53,633 nt of DNA from a virus. Taxonomy: Duplodnaviria; Caudoviricetes. Under the pieces are notes generated by a model. The model saw nothing but the letters and a program-made list of their open reading frames with translations, ran no database searches and was not told the DNA's origin. Positions 43,739 to 53,633 of the stretch are shown piece after piece. The stretch lies in the IMG/VR virus record IMGVR_UViG_3300034039_000013, positions 1 through 53,633 of that record. One strand, written 5' to 3'. The translations under genes were made by a program, and so were the position numbers. Each line of letters opens with the position of its first letter. Position 1 is the first letter of the stretch.

Positions 43739-44926
43739 CTATGCTACAAACTTGTCAATCTGCACCATAGTGTTGGTATTAGGATCCAACAACGCACGCC
43801 ACTGACCTTCAGCGATCAAGTCACTATTCTGTCCTGATGCTGCTACAGTCAGAGACTCGTACTTGACACGAGGGAAGGTAAAGATGTAAGCGTTACCTGC
43901 TGAGTCTTGCAGACGGAAGCTCAAAGAGAACGCCGCACCTGAGGAGAACAGGTCGAACTCAGCCTTATCTTGGAAATACAAGCTGATAGGGCCGCTTACA
44001 TCTAGCTTGCCTGCGCCTACACCGACGTTGGCCAACGAGCCAATAGCTTTCTGCTCCCGCAGGTTGTTGGTAATTTCCATACCCAGTGACAGGAAGCTCT
44101 TGGTACTGGCCGCACCATTGACCCGAATATCTTGCAGGTTGCTAACAGAGTTCATGACATCGTTAGACGGTGCAGCAACGTCAGTCAAACCTGCCAGAGC
44201 TGTTTCAGTCATAACCCCGTCTTTAGCTAGGATGTCGAATGAACCAGTCAAAATCGAACCGACTTCATAATTGAGAGTCAGTCCGGCGACCATAGCTCCT
44301 GGGAAGTTCTGGTAGGTAACAGGGCTTGCATCCAAAAACCGCTTCTGGATGGTCATTGATTGAGGCGTTACGCCGTTCCGCAGCATTTGACCATGAATTT
44401 CAGCAGCGCTTCCAGCAGGCGTTTCATCGGACGCCGGAGCAGGGCTTACTGTAATCTCGCCAGAGCCAGGGGTAGCGGCAGTTACGCGATAATACCCGTT
44501 ATTCTCACCGCCGTTAGCAGTAAAACCACGAACTTCAATCCACTGCCCTACTTGGATTGAATCAAACTTATTAGGGTTGGTAGAAGTAAATTTAGACTGT
44601 GCAGAGTTAGAGGAAATGTCACCAGCGTTACCAACAATGTTGAGATCAGCAGTAAATGTGTTGAACAGCGCACACTCTAAGAAATCGTCATAAGCACCAA
44701 AGCTAAGTTCGACCTCAATAGCCCCACCGGCTGACTGCCCAACTGGAGTAAGGTCTGCCGTAGCTCGGTCAGAGCGAATCTCTTGAGAAACAGTTGTCTC
44801 AATGTTTGCATTAAGGCTCTCACCCGTGTAACGGATGGCAGCCAAATTACCAGTGGTGGGCGTTACCCCCCAGGTAGTTTCCTTAATGTACCGAAGTTCG
44901 GTTCTATCAGCGGTTGCAAAAGCCAT
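43739..44926 (-). CDS. Major tail tube protein
   Basis: YIKETTWGVTP, SQEIRSDR, FTFPRVKY; upstream of G/GT. Confidence 0.88.
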   Translation of the reverse strand: MAFATADRTELRYIKETTWGVTPTTGNLAAIRYTGESLNANIETTVSQEIRSDRATADLTPVGQSAGGAIEVELSFGAYDDFLECALFNTFTADLNIVGNAGDISSNSAQSKFTSTNPNKFDSIQVGQWIEVRGFTANGGENNGYYRVTAATPGSGEITVSPAPASDETPAGSAAEIHGQMLRNGVTPQSMTIQKRFLDASPVTYQNFPGAMVAGLTLNYEVGSILTGSFDILAKDGVMTETALAGLTDVAAPSNDVMNSVSNLQDIRVNGAASTKSFLSLGMEITNNLREQKAIGSLANVGVGAGKLDVSGPISLYFQDKAEFDLFSSGAAFSLSFRLQDSAGNAYIFTFPRVKYESLTVAASGQNSDLIAEGQWRALLDPNTNTMVQIDKFVA

Positions 44927-44928
44927 AT

Positions 44929-45345
44929 CTATACGCCCTCTTTGTCAAAGTAAACGGGAAACTCAATTGTGTATACATCCCATCCGCCAACGCTACCAGA
45001 CATAGCTACGTCGGCTGACCTAGTATACACTCCTGAGATATTCCGGCCAGAGAATATCTCAAGGATGTTATCAATGATCTGATACGCAGATCTACTACCT
45101 TGATTTTGCAGTATATGCAAGCGAAAAACAAGTCTTGCCTCTGTTCTATATACTCTGTTTCCTACCCCACCCAAAGAGGCGATCCTGTGCGCTATAGGGA
45201 GTAACTCAACAGATACAAACGGTTGATCACCTCTGGCAGACAACTCGTCAGCCACAGACGGAGAGAATAGATATTGTATCCCATAGGTAGGGAATTTATC
45301 TATCACCTCTTGAAACAGTACTTTTTCAGCCGTTTGAAAGTCCAT
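44929..45345 (-). CDS. Tail terminator/completion protein
   Basis: Size and position just upstream of the tail tube gene. Confidence 0.65.
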   Translation of the reverse strand: MDFQTAEKVLFQEVIDKFPTYGIQYLFSPSVADELSARGDQPFVSVELLPIAHRIASLGGVGNRVYRTEARLVFRLHILQNQGSRSAYQIIDNILEIFSGRNISGVYTRSADVAMSGSVGGWDVYTIEFPVYFDKEGV

Positions 45346-45935
45346 TAGTCTTTCTTAACAACCTCATATTCATCATTGAACCACATGATAGCATCTTGTT
45401 CTATGGCAGGTAAGTAGGAAGACTCAGTAACACCTCTAGTCATGAACACATATAAGGCATTTTCAGCATACTCTTTATCTTGAAAGTCACTGGCGTACAA
45501 CTCTACCGTACCAGATAGTATCTTACTACCCATGGAGATAGCTAATGACATAGGCTCTCTACCTCCAGCAGATACAGCCTCCATCTGCTTACCACTTGTT
45601 AAATCCTCTAAGGATAAAGAAGGGTTAAGCGCTTCAGATGCTATATACTTAGTCCACCGCTTTTCCTTTGGCGAGCCGAGATAGTTCAACATCTGTAAAA
45701 GGTCTTTATCCTCATACGGAGGGGTAAAGCCAGAGGGGCCTACATCAATAGAGCCGCCCTCAAACTTGAAAGTTATCTTATGGTTTGCCGCAGCAAGGCC
45801 GGTATCTTGAACAACAGTCAACAATACACGCGTAATAAAAGACCCTACAGCCCTCTTGGTGCCAGCGTCAAAACTGACATCCAACATATCAGAAATTTTT
45901 TCTATCTCGTCAAAGACCTCTGAAGCGAAACTCAT
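45345..45935 (-). CDS. Neck/tail completion protein (HK97 gp10-like position)
   Basis: VQDTGLAAAN resembles the PVDTG motif; synteny. Confidence 0.55.
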   Translation of the reverse strand: MSFASEVFDEIEKISDMLDVSFDAGTKRAVGSFITRVLLTVVQDTGLAAANHKITFKFEGGSIDVGPSGFTPPYEDKDLLQMLNYLGSPKEKRWTKYIASEALNPSLSLEDLTSGKQMEAVSAGGREPMSLAISMGSKILSGTVELYASDFQDKEYAENALYVFMTRGVTESSYLPAIEQDAIMWFNDEYEVVKKD

Positions 45936-46828
45936 ACGCAAACGACATCCCAAGCGTGGTTAAGACGATCTCTTGTAACAGAAATTATATTTCTATCTTG
46001 CCCGTCAAGGGTGATCTTATCGCCCACATTAGGCATGAAGCCTATATTGTCCATAGGTATAAGCAACTTGTATTTAGGTTTAGAGGCAACGGATAACGTC
46101 TTGTCAGTAGAAGTTATATCAATAATCTCGCCAGCAACAGTATAAGTGCTTACACTCTCAATATATCTCCCCAAATTATTATCAAACGTCCCAGACCCAT
46201 CTACCCTCTTGTAAGTGAAGTCCTGCCTTAAATCAGCAGCAGTAGTGGCTCTGGCTGCCAATAACCCAGAATCCTCGTAAATCTCAACAACCCTATAATA
46301 CTCTGTAGGGCTGACCTCTAGAGTGTCCCCTTCCTCTAAGTTCGTCCCATAAGGCAAATAAAGGAAATATTTGCCTACAGCAAAAGTCAAGTCATCGCCA
46401 GACTTCTCTACCGTGCGAAGCTCTACATCAAAATAAGACGTGCCTATCACAGTCTCAACGAGGGGGCCTGGGTCATTGGCAGGCCCAGCAGGCTTTCTTC
46501 TTTTTATGGTACCGAACTTAGAAGCATAGTTACACGGTATTGTGTAACGATAAACCTCACCGAAAGCGGCGTCCTCTTGAGGGTGTCCAAGAATCAGCGG
46601 CTCACCGCCTCCAGAAACTCTGATAACGCTACCTTGCCCTATCCCAACAAACTGGTCAGGTGAAACAAATAACATCCGACGCCTAGTGGCCCTGTTAAAC
46701 AAAGATACGAAATCGTCAGCAGCTTTAAGCTGACCATAAAACGCAGCTATGCGCCAGTTCCCACTAGCACTGTCATATACATCAAAAGGCTGGGTATCGA
46801 AGTAGGAAGCAACGCGCTTCAGATCCAT
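45932..46828 (-). CDS. Head closure/connector protein
   Basis: Synteny; repeated ...GD.(L/I)... beta motifs. Confidence 0.55.
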   Translation of the reverse strand: MDLKRVASYFDTQPFDVYDSASGNWRIAAFYGQLKAADDFVSLFNRATRRRMLFVSPDQFVGIGQGSVIRVSGGGEPLILGHPQEDAAFGEVYRYTIPCNYASKFGTIKRRKPAGPANDPGPLVETVIGTSYFDVELRTVEKSGDDLTFAVGKYFLYLPYGTNLEEGDTLEVSPTEYYRVVEIYEDSGLLAARATTAADLRQDFTYKRVDGSGTFDNNLGRYIESVSTYTVAGEIIDITSTDKTLSVASKPKYKLLIPMDNIGFMPNVGDKITLDGQDRNIISVTRDRLNHAWDVVCV

Positions 46829-46829
46829 G

Positions 46830-47300
46830 TTACTCTCCTGTTACTGGATCATAACCAGGAGCTACAGAGGAGAACACATTTACAGGGCCATCAGGGGCAG
46901 TGCCAAGTACTTCTTGCAGCCTTGTTTTAAGCTGATTGGCCTTAGACCGCATTAGCTCTGAAATGCTGTCTAAATCTATACCTTCAAACCTAGCAGCAGT
47001 GAATTTAGAGTCCGAAATCTTTTGCAACGCCATCATAGATAGACCGCTGCTTATAATGTAAGCGGTCTGATACGTTGCGTAAGATTCCAACAAATCTATC
47101 TTCTCTTGATTAGCAGAGGCATTGGCTGTCCAAGAAGAATACTCTGAAGCGTAATTTGGAAACCACTCAAATAACGCAAGTCTCAACTCTCGATCAGCTT
47201 TACGATCAATAAAAAATTGATCGTCAACATCACGCGAGGACAGTCCTAGGACTGCCCTCACTTGATCCGAATCTGTTAGAGAAAGAATCGGTATAGCCAC
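46830..47300 (-). CDS. Head-tail adaptor
   Basis: Helical 156 aa, DQVRAVLG start, synteny. Confidence 0.6.
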   Translation of the reverse strand: MAIPILSLTDSDQVRAVLGLSSRDVDDQFFIDRKADRELRLALFEWFPNYASEYSSWTANASANQEKIDLLESYATYQTAYIISSGLSMMALQKISDSKFTAARFEGIDLDSISELMRSKANQLKTRLQEVLGTAPDGPVNVFSSVAPGYDPVTGE

Positions 47301-47301
47301 G

Positions 47302-47580
47302 TTAATCAGCCTTAACTAGTACACCAGCTTTAACTTGAGATTCAATAAACGGAGTAACCTTTTCCACCTCTACAGGAACACCTGGAGGGAACTTCACTCC
47401 GGACTTCATACAAGTGATGGTAAATCTTTTTACATTTATGAACTGCCCCAAAACTTCTGCTTTTGCTTTAGCCTCAGTTTTAGGTGCTCCTTCCTCTTGG
47501 ACTTCGGCCGCCTTCTTCTCTTGCTGGTTAAGAGCTTCGCCTACGCGCTTCTCTTGTTGAGCCGCTTTTCTTTTAGCCAT
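47302..47580 (-). CDS. Small hypothetical head-associated protein
   Basis: GGAGGAG RBS before the ATG at 47580. Confidence 0.65.
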   Translation of the reverse strand: MAKRKAAQQEKRVGEALNQQEKKAAEVQEEGAPKTEAKAKAEVLGQFINVKRFTITCMKSGVKFPPGVPVEVEKVTPFIESQVKAGVLVKAD

Positions 47581-47597
47581 ATCTCCTCCTAAATACC

Positions 47598-47630
47598 AAA
47601 ACAAAACTAAGGAGGGGCTTAAGCCCCTCC
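47598..47630 (-). terminator. Intrinsic terminator after the major capsid gene
   Basis: Perfect GGAGGGGC-TTAA-GCCCCTCC then TTAGTTTTGTTTT. Confidence 0.8.
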
Positions 47631-47635
47631 AAGGA

Positions 47636-48844
47636 TTACGAGAAGTCTAACAATTCAAACGCATCGTCGAAGCCTAACCGCTCATGACGCTCAGACCAGT
47701 CAAAGCGGAACGCGGTAGTCTTACGCAGTACAAATTCTTCAGTCGCCTGATAATCTGCACCAACATAGACAACCTTACGAATCGCTTTACGGCTATCCAA
47801 GCCGAGCAGACGATTGGTACCGCCGATGATGCTCGGATCGTCAACCAAGAAGAAGTTGACGCGATCTTCGATGCCAGGGTTAGCAGCCGTCGGGAGTGAA
47901 TTCAAGCGGCCGTCTTTAGCTGCATCGTCTTGAGTAGTAGGACGTCCAGTACGACCCTCAATCTTGAGGTAAGTGTCGAGGTCAGTGATAACCCAGTCGA
48001 TAGAGCGTTGACGCCACTTAGAGCGCAGAAACTTAACCCAAGCTGCGTGAGTCATCGTGCCACCAGTAGCGGCTGCATCGTAAGTAGTCGCTGCGACTAC
48101 GCTCAAAGGCCCGTATGCACTAGAAGCGTCGACATCGCCAGCAACAATAGCGGCCAAATCTTCATCAATACGGTCAGCCCGCTCGCGCAACGCCTGCTCA
48201 CGAACCACCATGGAAACCAGATCCAAAGTAGAAGCCTCTTGTGCTTCCTTAGTGATTTCCAGACCGATTGAGTAGGTCGGCATACGGAACGAACGATCTG
48301 CCAGCTTGATAGTTACCATCGTATGCGGCATAGCGCCCTGAGCGATAGGAGCAGATTTAGAACCTTGAGGGCCGCTCAGATCAACAACTGGCTGTTCATA
48401 ACGAGGAGAGTTAATGTTAACAGTCGTGGCAACCATGCGGTTAAATACTGCCGCATAAGTAGAATCGTCACGACGAAGCGCACTCTCAACCATTTCCAAA
48501 ACCAAAGCAGGGAACAGCAGACGGCCTGAAGCAGTCAAAGCATCTTGACCATCAGGGCGAGAGATAGGCCCCATGCTAACCGGAACCGTGCCGTCTAGAA
48601 CCTCTTTCATCGTCGGAGGACGAATGCCGAGGTCACGATCAGCGCGAGTAAACAAGCCCGCTGCCGCCAAGAATTGCATAAACGGCTGTCCATACCGGCT
48701 AGGATCGGTCTTGAACTTGCTATTGATGTACTGAGGGAGCGACATTTTGCGGCGCTCTGCCTCACGATAATCGTCCAACGACAGCTTGACTTCTTGACGC
48801 TGCCCCATGCTGTCGATCAGAGAAGTTTTAAACTCTACAGTCAT
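47636..48844 (-). CDS. Major capsid protein
   Basis: About 400 aa after protease and decoration genes, followed by a terminator. Confidence 0.85.
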   Translation of the reverse strand: MTVEFKTSLIDSMGQRQEVKLSLDDYREAERRKMSLPQYINSKFKTDPSRYGQPFMQFLAAAGLFTRADRDLGIRPPTMKEVLDGTVPVSMGPISRPDGQDALTASGRLLFPALVLEMVESALRRDDSTYAAVFNRMVATTVNINSPRYEQPVVDLSGPQGSKSAPIAQGAMPHTMVTIKLADRSFRMPTYSIGLEITKEAQEASTLDLVSMVVREQALRERADRIDEDLAAIVAGDVDASSAYGPLSVVAATTYDAAATGGTMTHAAWVKFLRSKWRQRSIDWVITDLDTYLKIEGRTGRPTTQDDAAKDGRLNSLPTAANPGIEDRVNFFLVDDPSIIGGTNRLLGLDSRKAIRKVVYVGADYQATEEFVLRKTTAFRFDWSERHERLGFDDAFELLDFS

Positions 48845-48856
48845 TTCTATCACCCC

Positions 48857-49369
48857 TTACACACGTTCAATAATAATTTTATCGCCCTGAGTAGCACCAG
48901 TACCAGAAACGACCTGGATGCAACGCCAGAAATGCTTTCCAGCATAAGCATTCAAACGGCCTGCTACGTCAGCAGCAAGAGCGGCTGTCGTTGAAGAATC
49001 CAAAGTGTCGTCAGGACGTTTAATAACTTGAGGAACACCTGCCGTACCAGCAGCAGCTTGGCTGTCAAGAACAACCAAATCACCAACAGCAACAGCAGAA
49101 GCACCTACCTCAACCTCGACTCGTCCCTTAATCTGAACGCCGCCGAACGAGTACCCGTTGTTTACCGTATGAGGCTCGACAGAAGTAACGAAACCGTCAA
49201 TGTCGTCGCCAGCCGTACACAGTACAGCAACCATAGTGCCGTTAAGGTCTTGAAACTTAACAGCTTTACCTACATCCGCTTGAGCAAACGCGTTCTGCGT
49301 AGCCCCAAGAGGGATAGAAATGATGTCGCCATCGCGAAGGATAGATACACCGTGTTTAAATGTAGCCAT
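48857..49369 (-). CDS. Head decoration/cement protein
   Basis: 170 aa Ala/Gly/Val-rich, DVGKAVK, between protease and MCP. Confidence 0.7.
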   Translation of the reverse strand: MATFKHGVSILRDGDIISIPLGATQNAFAQADVGKAVKFQDLNGTMVAVLCTAGDDIDGFVTSVEPHTVNNGYSFGGVQIKGRVEVEVGASAVAVGDLVVLDSQAAAGTAGVPQVIKRPDDTLDSSTTAALAADVAGRLNAYAGKHFWRCIQVVSGTGATQGDKIIIERV

Positions 49370-49381
49370 GTTTTACACCCC

Positions 49382-50914
49382 TTAAAGTGAGATAGCACCC
49401 AAACGTGCAGTTACAGAATTTTCGTCAACAAAGTCTTCGCCAGCGGATTTGGCTTCCAATTTGGCGACACCGCCAACAGGGAACCGCTCCTCAAAGCGAG
49501 CGTTGACTTTGTGGTACTGAGCAACAAGCGCAGCCCCAGACAGGTGGTCATAAGAGGCTTGACCGTTACCCATGCCAATCTCCATACGAACCATAGCCGC
49601 ACGAACAATGTCTTCCATGCCAGGAACAACACTGTTCATCTCCTCAAGCTTAGCGTTAGCACGCTCAAGCTCTACAGAGAGCTTAGTAAGTTTCTCATTT
49701 GCGGCTTGCAGTTCATTACGCAAGAACGAAACCAAAGCATCGTCGGTCTGAGGTTTCTCGACCTTCTCTGCTTTTTCTTCTGCGCTAGCCTTCACTTCAG
49801 GGGTAGATTCTTCCGCACCCAGAGAAGGCTTACCCTCTTGTTCAGAGGTGGCTTTGACTTCTACGCCATCGCCCTCTACCTCAGCATTCGCATCTACAGA
49901 AGTATCTTCTGCATCTGGAAGCGCGGAAATCGGAACTCCCGAAGCAATCTGGGCCTGAAGCTCAGGCGTCAGTTTTGCCGACTTTTTACGGGACATACTT
50001 TCATCTCCTGTTTCATTGTTACCGACAGAGGTACACATGCCGTACTCTCTAGGTGCTTGCCGACTTGCTTCTAATGTAGCATATTTAGAAACAAGCTCTG
50101 CAATTAGGTTATCAATATAACCAATTTTGTCAACAAGTCCAATGGTTTGTGCCTTTCTTCCTAGAAATTCTCTACCATCGGCCATGCGTTCTTGTACTTC
50201 TGCTACAGAACGCCCTCGATAACGAGCAACGTCAGACAAAAATTCCATATAAAAAGCGTCGCTGTGCTCCTGAAGAACACTCTTAGCTTCGTCAGTCAAT
50301 TCTTCATACGGATTACCAAGCGCTTTATACTTCCCGCTGCGGATGACAGTAACCTTAATGCCGTCCTCCTCCAGCGCTTTAGTGTAATCTTGATGGATAG
50401 AAATTACACCAATGCTACCAACTACAGAGGTGGGAGACGCAACAATCTCAGAAGCGGCACTGCCAAGCAAATAAGCAGCACTGGCCATAGTTCCGCCAGT
50501 AACCGCCTTGATAGGCTTCACGTTATCAGAAATATCTCGGATAAACTTGGCCAGTTCAAACGCACCGTTAGCCGTCCCGCCAGGTGAATCAATGTTCAAC
50601 ACAATCTCCTTAACGCTATTATCGTTGGTCGCCTCAATAATAGCGTCCTTGATAGCAGGATAAGAAGTCAGACCAAACAAATAATTCAACGGGCTTTCAG
50701 TATTAACCAATGGCCCAGTGATATCCACTATAGCCACCGGCCCGAAGACTGAAAGGTAAGGGTTCCCAACCTCATCATCCTCTTCGTCCTGAAAAACCGC
50801 CAGCTTTGTATCGCTGTTCATCTTCTCAGAAATAAGCTGCTGTTTCTCCAGAACCTCATAAAGGCTCTCTACAGTGCCAGCCCAAAACCCCTTTTTCACA
50901 AACGTAATACTCAT
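49382..50914 (-). CDS. S49 (SppA-type) prohead protease fused to scaffold
   Basis: IDSPGG, MASAAY, GSIGV, SGKYKA; acidic/coiled-coil C-terminal third. Confidence 0.9.
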   Translation of the reverse strand: MSITFVKKGFWAGTVESLYEVLEKQQLISEKMNSDTKLAVFQDEEDDEVGNPYLSVFGPVAIVDITGPLVNTESPLNYLFGLTSYPAIKDAIIEATNDNSVKEIVLNIDSPGGTANGAFELAKFIRDISDNVKPIKAVTGGTMASAAYLLGSAASEIVASPTSVVGSIGVISIHQDYTKALEEDGIKVTVIRSGKYKALGNPYEELTDEAKSVLQEHSDAFYMEFLSDVARYRGRSVAEVQERMADGREFLGRKAQTIGLVDKIGYIDNLIAELVSKYATLEASRQAPREYGMCTSVGNNETGDESMSRKKSAKLTPELQAQIASGVPISALPDAEDTSVDANAEVEGDGVEVKATSEQEGKPSLGAEESTPEVKASAEEKAEKVEKPQTDDALVSFLRNELQAANEKLTKLSVELERANAKLEEMNSVVPGMEDIVRAAMVRMEIGMGNGQASYDHLSGAALVAQYHKVNARFEERFPVGGVAKLEAKSAGEDFVDENSVTARLGAISL

Positions 50915-50922
50915 AAGCACCC

Positions 50923-52359
50923 CTACCTAGATTCGTTGTCAGGCCCGCCAGCCGATGTAGGCTGATCCGATTGTATCGCTCTACCCATAGGATCTGAATT
51001 TGGCGTCGGGTTGTCAACTTTATTGCTCTCCATAAACATTGTACCAGACAAATTCAACGCCGTCGGAGGACGTGGGAACCGATCTAACAACCAAGCAGCC
51101 TCGTCGTCTGAAATCAAACCTAAAGACAACTGGTGCAGAACCCTGTTCTGCCTCATCGTCCTAAACGCCTCTAACTCAGACTCCGGTCGCAAGTCAATCG
51201 GTCTAAACTCAAATTGTGCATACCCATCATAACCAATCAGACGCATAGCTAGCGTCAGAGCGCGTCGAATTACCGTCGCCACCGGCTCCTGCAATGCCTT
51301 GGCAGTCTTCAAAAAGATAAGGGATTCAGTGTTGGACAAAGATTGACTGCCTTCCAGTCGCAGGCCAAGCACAGAAGGCGGCGTCTTCAATGCCGTACTC
51401 ATCAAACCGTTGATAGTCTTCATCAACGGTACATAATCAACCTTGGATCCAAGGCCAGATTGTAGAATCTCTGGTTTGGCAGAGTCATAAAATACTAGCG
51501 CATCTTCAGGAGACAGGTTAGACAACACGTCCTCAACAGACGCTCTGACCGACTCCATATACTTCTTCAACTCTGCCGGATCGGCTTTAACTTCAGGTGG
51601 AGCGGTCTCAGCAATCTTTTCAGAGTTCAATTCCACCGTGAGACGGCTATGTCCGCTTTCACGAACCGACCTGCGAACATCCTCAACAAACTCATCAAAA
51701 TAAAAAGTTTGCGTCAGCGCTGCCTCAAACAACGAGCTAGGATAGATGTCACTTGAGTCTAAGTGACTGAATTCAAACCAAATTGTAGGGTAATCAAGGG
51801 AGATTTCTTCCCCGCTAACCGTCTGCACAGGGTAAAAAGTCCCATCGCCACGAGAAACAAACTCAACGGAGTTGATTGGAATAGTCTCAAGCCTGTCCGG
51901 CCACCGCTGCTTATTCAAAACCAACTCAATACCAACACCACCAGATAACGCTACATCTCTAAGCATAGTCTCCAACAACACGGAAAGGCCGCGCCGAGTA
52001 CTATAACCAGTGGTGTAATCGTAAACAGTGTCAATCCTACCAATGAGATTAAGCAGAGCCTTCGTAGCCTCTGAGTTAAACGTCCCATCTTCATTGCGAA
52101 AACAAGCCCGCCACCCAGAGTTGGCCACCTGAACCATGTTATGAGCTGCCGCCGAGAACGCCCCGTCAATCTTGGCCAGCCGTCGGATAGCCCCTACCGT
52201 ATCCCCTCTACGTCGAAGGTCAGATACAGATTCAAGAAAAGCGCGACGATCGACCTTATCAATCTTCTCACCCTTCTCATAGGCAGAAGCAGGCGTCGCA
52301 CTTACTTGTTTGGTTCTAATTTTCTTCAAAGGTTTAACTTTTGGGGGTTTCAACGCCAT
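50923..52359 (-). CDS. Portal protein
   Basis: 478 aa between terminase and protease; LKTPPSVLG, FEFRPIDL. Confidence 0.8.
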   Translation of the reverse strand: MALKPPKVKPLKKIRTKQVSATPASAYEKGEKIDKVDRRAFLESVSDLRRRGDTVGAIRRLAKIDGAFSAAAHNMVQVANSGWRACFRNEDGTFNSEATKALLNLIGRIDTVYDYTTGYSTRRGLSVLLETMLRDVALSGGVGIELVLNKQRWPDRLETIPINSVEFVSRGDGTFYPVQTVSGEEISLDYPTIWFEFSHLDSSDIYPSSLFEAALTQTFYFDEFVEDVRRSVRESGHSRLTVELNSEKIAETAPPEVKADPAELKKYMESVRASVEDVLSNLSPEDALVFYDSAKPEILQSGLGSKVDYVPLMKTINGLMSTALKTPPSVLGLRLEGSQSLSNTESLIFLKTAKALQEPVATVIRRALTLAMRLIGYDGYAQFEFRPIDLRPESELEAFRTMRQNRVLHQLSLGLISDDEAAWLLDRFPRPPTALNLSGTMFMESNKVDNPTPNSDPMGRAIQSDQPTSAGGPDNESR

Positions 52360-52370
52360 TTTAAGCCCCT

Positions 52371-53633
52371 TTATAAGAACAATTCACGTCGTTTCCGCTC
52401 AGCATAAAGCTCTTTTTTAGCAGGTTTTTCGTCAGTTTTCATCCTAACTCCGCCAACAGACGCCCCTCCAACAGAAGGAAGCACCGGTATCGGCCCAGCT
52501 CTAATGCCATCCCTGATAGTTCTAGCCGCAATCATCGCATAATTCAATGCGTGTGCATAGTGGTCTGGCCCTGTTTTTACCCAAAATTCCTTGTCATCAC
52601 CACCATAACTCGACACTCTACGCACCTTTTTCATGTTCGTCAGGTGGTCTTTCATCAACCTCATCTCATCATGACGAGGAAATCTAACAAATCCGTTGTT
52701 TATCGCCTGAACCAAAGCAGAAATCGTCTTAGTCCGGTTACTATGAAGGATCCTATCGTCCTTCACACTCACCATCGACATCTTCTTGGGGTCAACCTCA
52801 GTATAATAGTTCGCATACGCAACACCAGTAGGCAACCCCTCAACCACACTCAACGCCGTAGTAAAGTCCGGCATCGCATCCACAACACCACGTATACACC
52901 CAAACTTCTTGGCCAGCCAGATAATCCTGTCCGCCACATTCCTTCCATCACCCTCAGAAACAATACGCTCCATGTATATCACATCCAACCAACCATCCTT
53001 GTTAGACGTCGGCTTGCCAATCACAATGTTCGACACCTTACCAACGTCACACCCAAATACACAACCAGACCCACCAACATCAGGATTCACCCACTCAAGC
53101 ACAGTGTTCTTCACCACAGTGTCCAAAGAAACACTGTTCTCAGTGTCCTCATGCTCCTCACCAAGCACAAAATTCTTCCAGTCAGCATGAGATTCATACA
53201 ACTCCGCCTGCGACAAAATGCCATAAGCAGTATTGTACTTGGGCGCATCCCAAGGCCGAACCCAATAACCAGTATGATCGGACACCTCTGTCCGAGTCGC
53301 TACCCACCTGCGCCTCTCAGGGTCTTCAAGCGGCCAAGGCTCCCCACACTTCGGACAACACATCACCGCCGCCTGCCAAGGTATCGACTTATCCTGAAGC
53401 ATGTCCTTGTGGAACTTGGAAAAATCAATGTCATGCCCAGGTACACGCATGTCCCTATCAAAATCAGGCACATCTTCATAACCACAGCGACACTTACACA
53501 TATAAACACGCTGGTCAGACAACTCAAACGCCGCCGAAATCCCATATCCCTTCACCGTCGGCGTCGAGAACTTCCACAAAAACCCACCTTCCTCAGCGTG
53601 CCGCAAACGTGAAGCGTACGTCGTCAAGACATT
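52371..53633 (-). CDS. terL: Terminase large subunit (GpA-type), 5'-truncated by window edge
   Basis: FSTPT, CKC...CPKC zinc motifs, nuclease GCDVG, VVDAMP, PDHYAHA. Confidence 0.88.
   Translation of the reverse strand, partial: NVLTTYASRLRHAEEGGFLWKFSTPTVKGYGISAAFELSDQRVYMCKCRCGYEDVPDFDRDMRVPGHDIDFSKFHKDMLQDKSIPWQAAVMCCPKCGEPWPLEDPERRRWVATRTEVSDHTGYWVRPWDAPKYNTAYGILSQAELYESHADWKNFVLGEEHEDTENSVSLDTVVKNTVLEWVNPDVGGSGCVFGCDVGKVSNIVIGKPTSNKDGWLDVIYMERIVSEGDGRNVADRIIWLAKKFGCIRGVVDAMPDFTTALSVVEGLPTGVAYANYYTEVDPKKMSMVSVKDDRILHSNRTKTISALVQAINNGFVRFPRHDEMRLMKDHLTNMKKVRRVSSYGGDDKEFWVKTGPDHYAHALNYAMIAARTIRDGIRAGPIPVLPSVGGASVGGVRMKTDEKPAKKELYAERKRRELFL

Noticed and set aside
52551-53612. 353-aa + strand ORF
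   Set aside because: Fully antisense to terminase; His/Arg-rich composition is a shadow of G/T third-position bias
1-53633. CRISPR array, rRNA, stop-codon reassignment
   Set aside because: No regularly spaced repeats or rRNA-like tracts seen; long genes are intact and densely packed under the standard code

Overview
Most of a tailed dsDNA phage genome (siphovirus-type, spanins point to a Gram-negative host), cut inside a gene at both ends. The + strand arm (1-15346) is a replication/recombination module: AEP primase-helicase, SNF2-type helicase, putative SSB, full-length PolA, DEDDh exonuclease, RecU-like nuclease, SbcD, SbcC and a MazG-like protein. The convergent - strand arm (53633 to 15312) carries terminase, portal, S49 protease/scaffold, capsid, neck and tail genes (with a -1 frameshifted chaperone), a 5-kb accessory structural module, tape measure, tail tip, fibre, and a lysis cassette. 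Three things stand out. (1) The tail-fibre/adhesin locus (19171-27975) keeps three generations of the same two-gene cassette plus a 4.7-kb opposite-strand foreign phage block (sigma factor, MTase, HNH, dNMP kinase, M15 peptidase, tRNA-Thr) that starts mid-gene; two junctions carry the same 7-mer CGGTGAC. (2) A structural module whose proteins share complementary N- and C-terminal domains, suggesting an anchor/polymer/tip filament. (3) A three-way-junction plus pseudoknot RNA that can pair with either a decoy or the real RBS of the tail chaperone. All calls come from reading motifs and synteny by eye; no searches were run. No integrase, CRISPR array or reverse transcriptase was seen.
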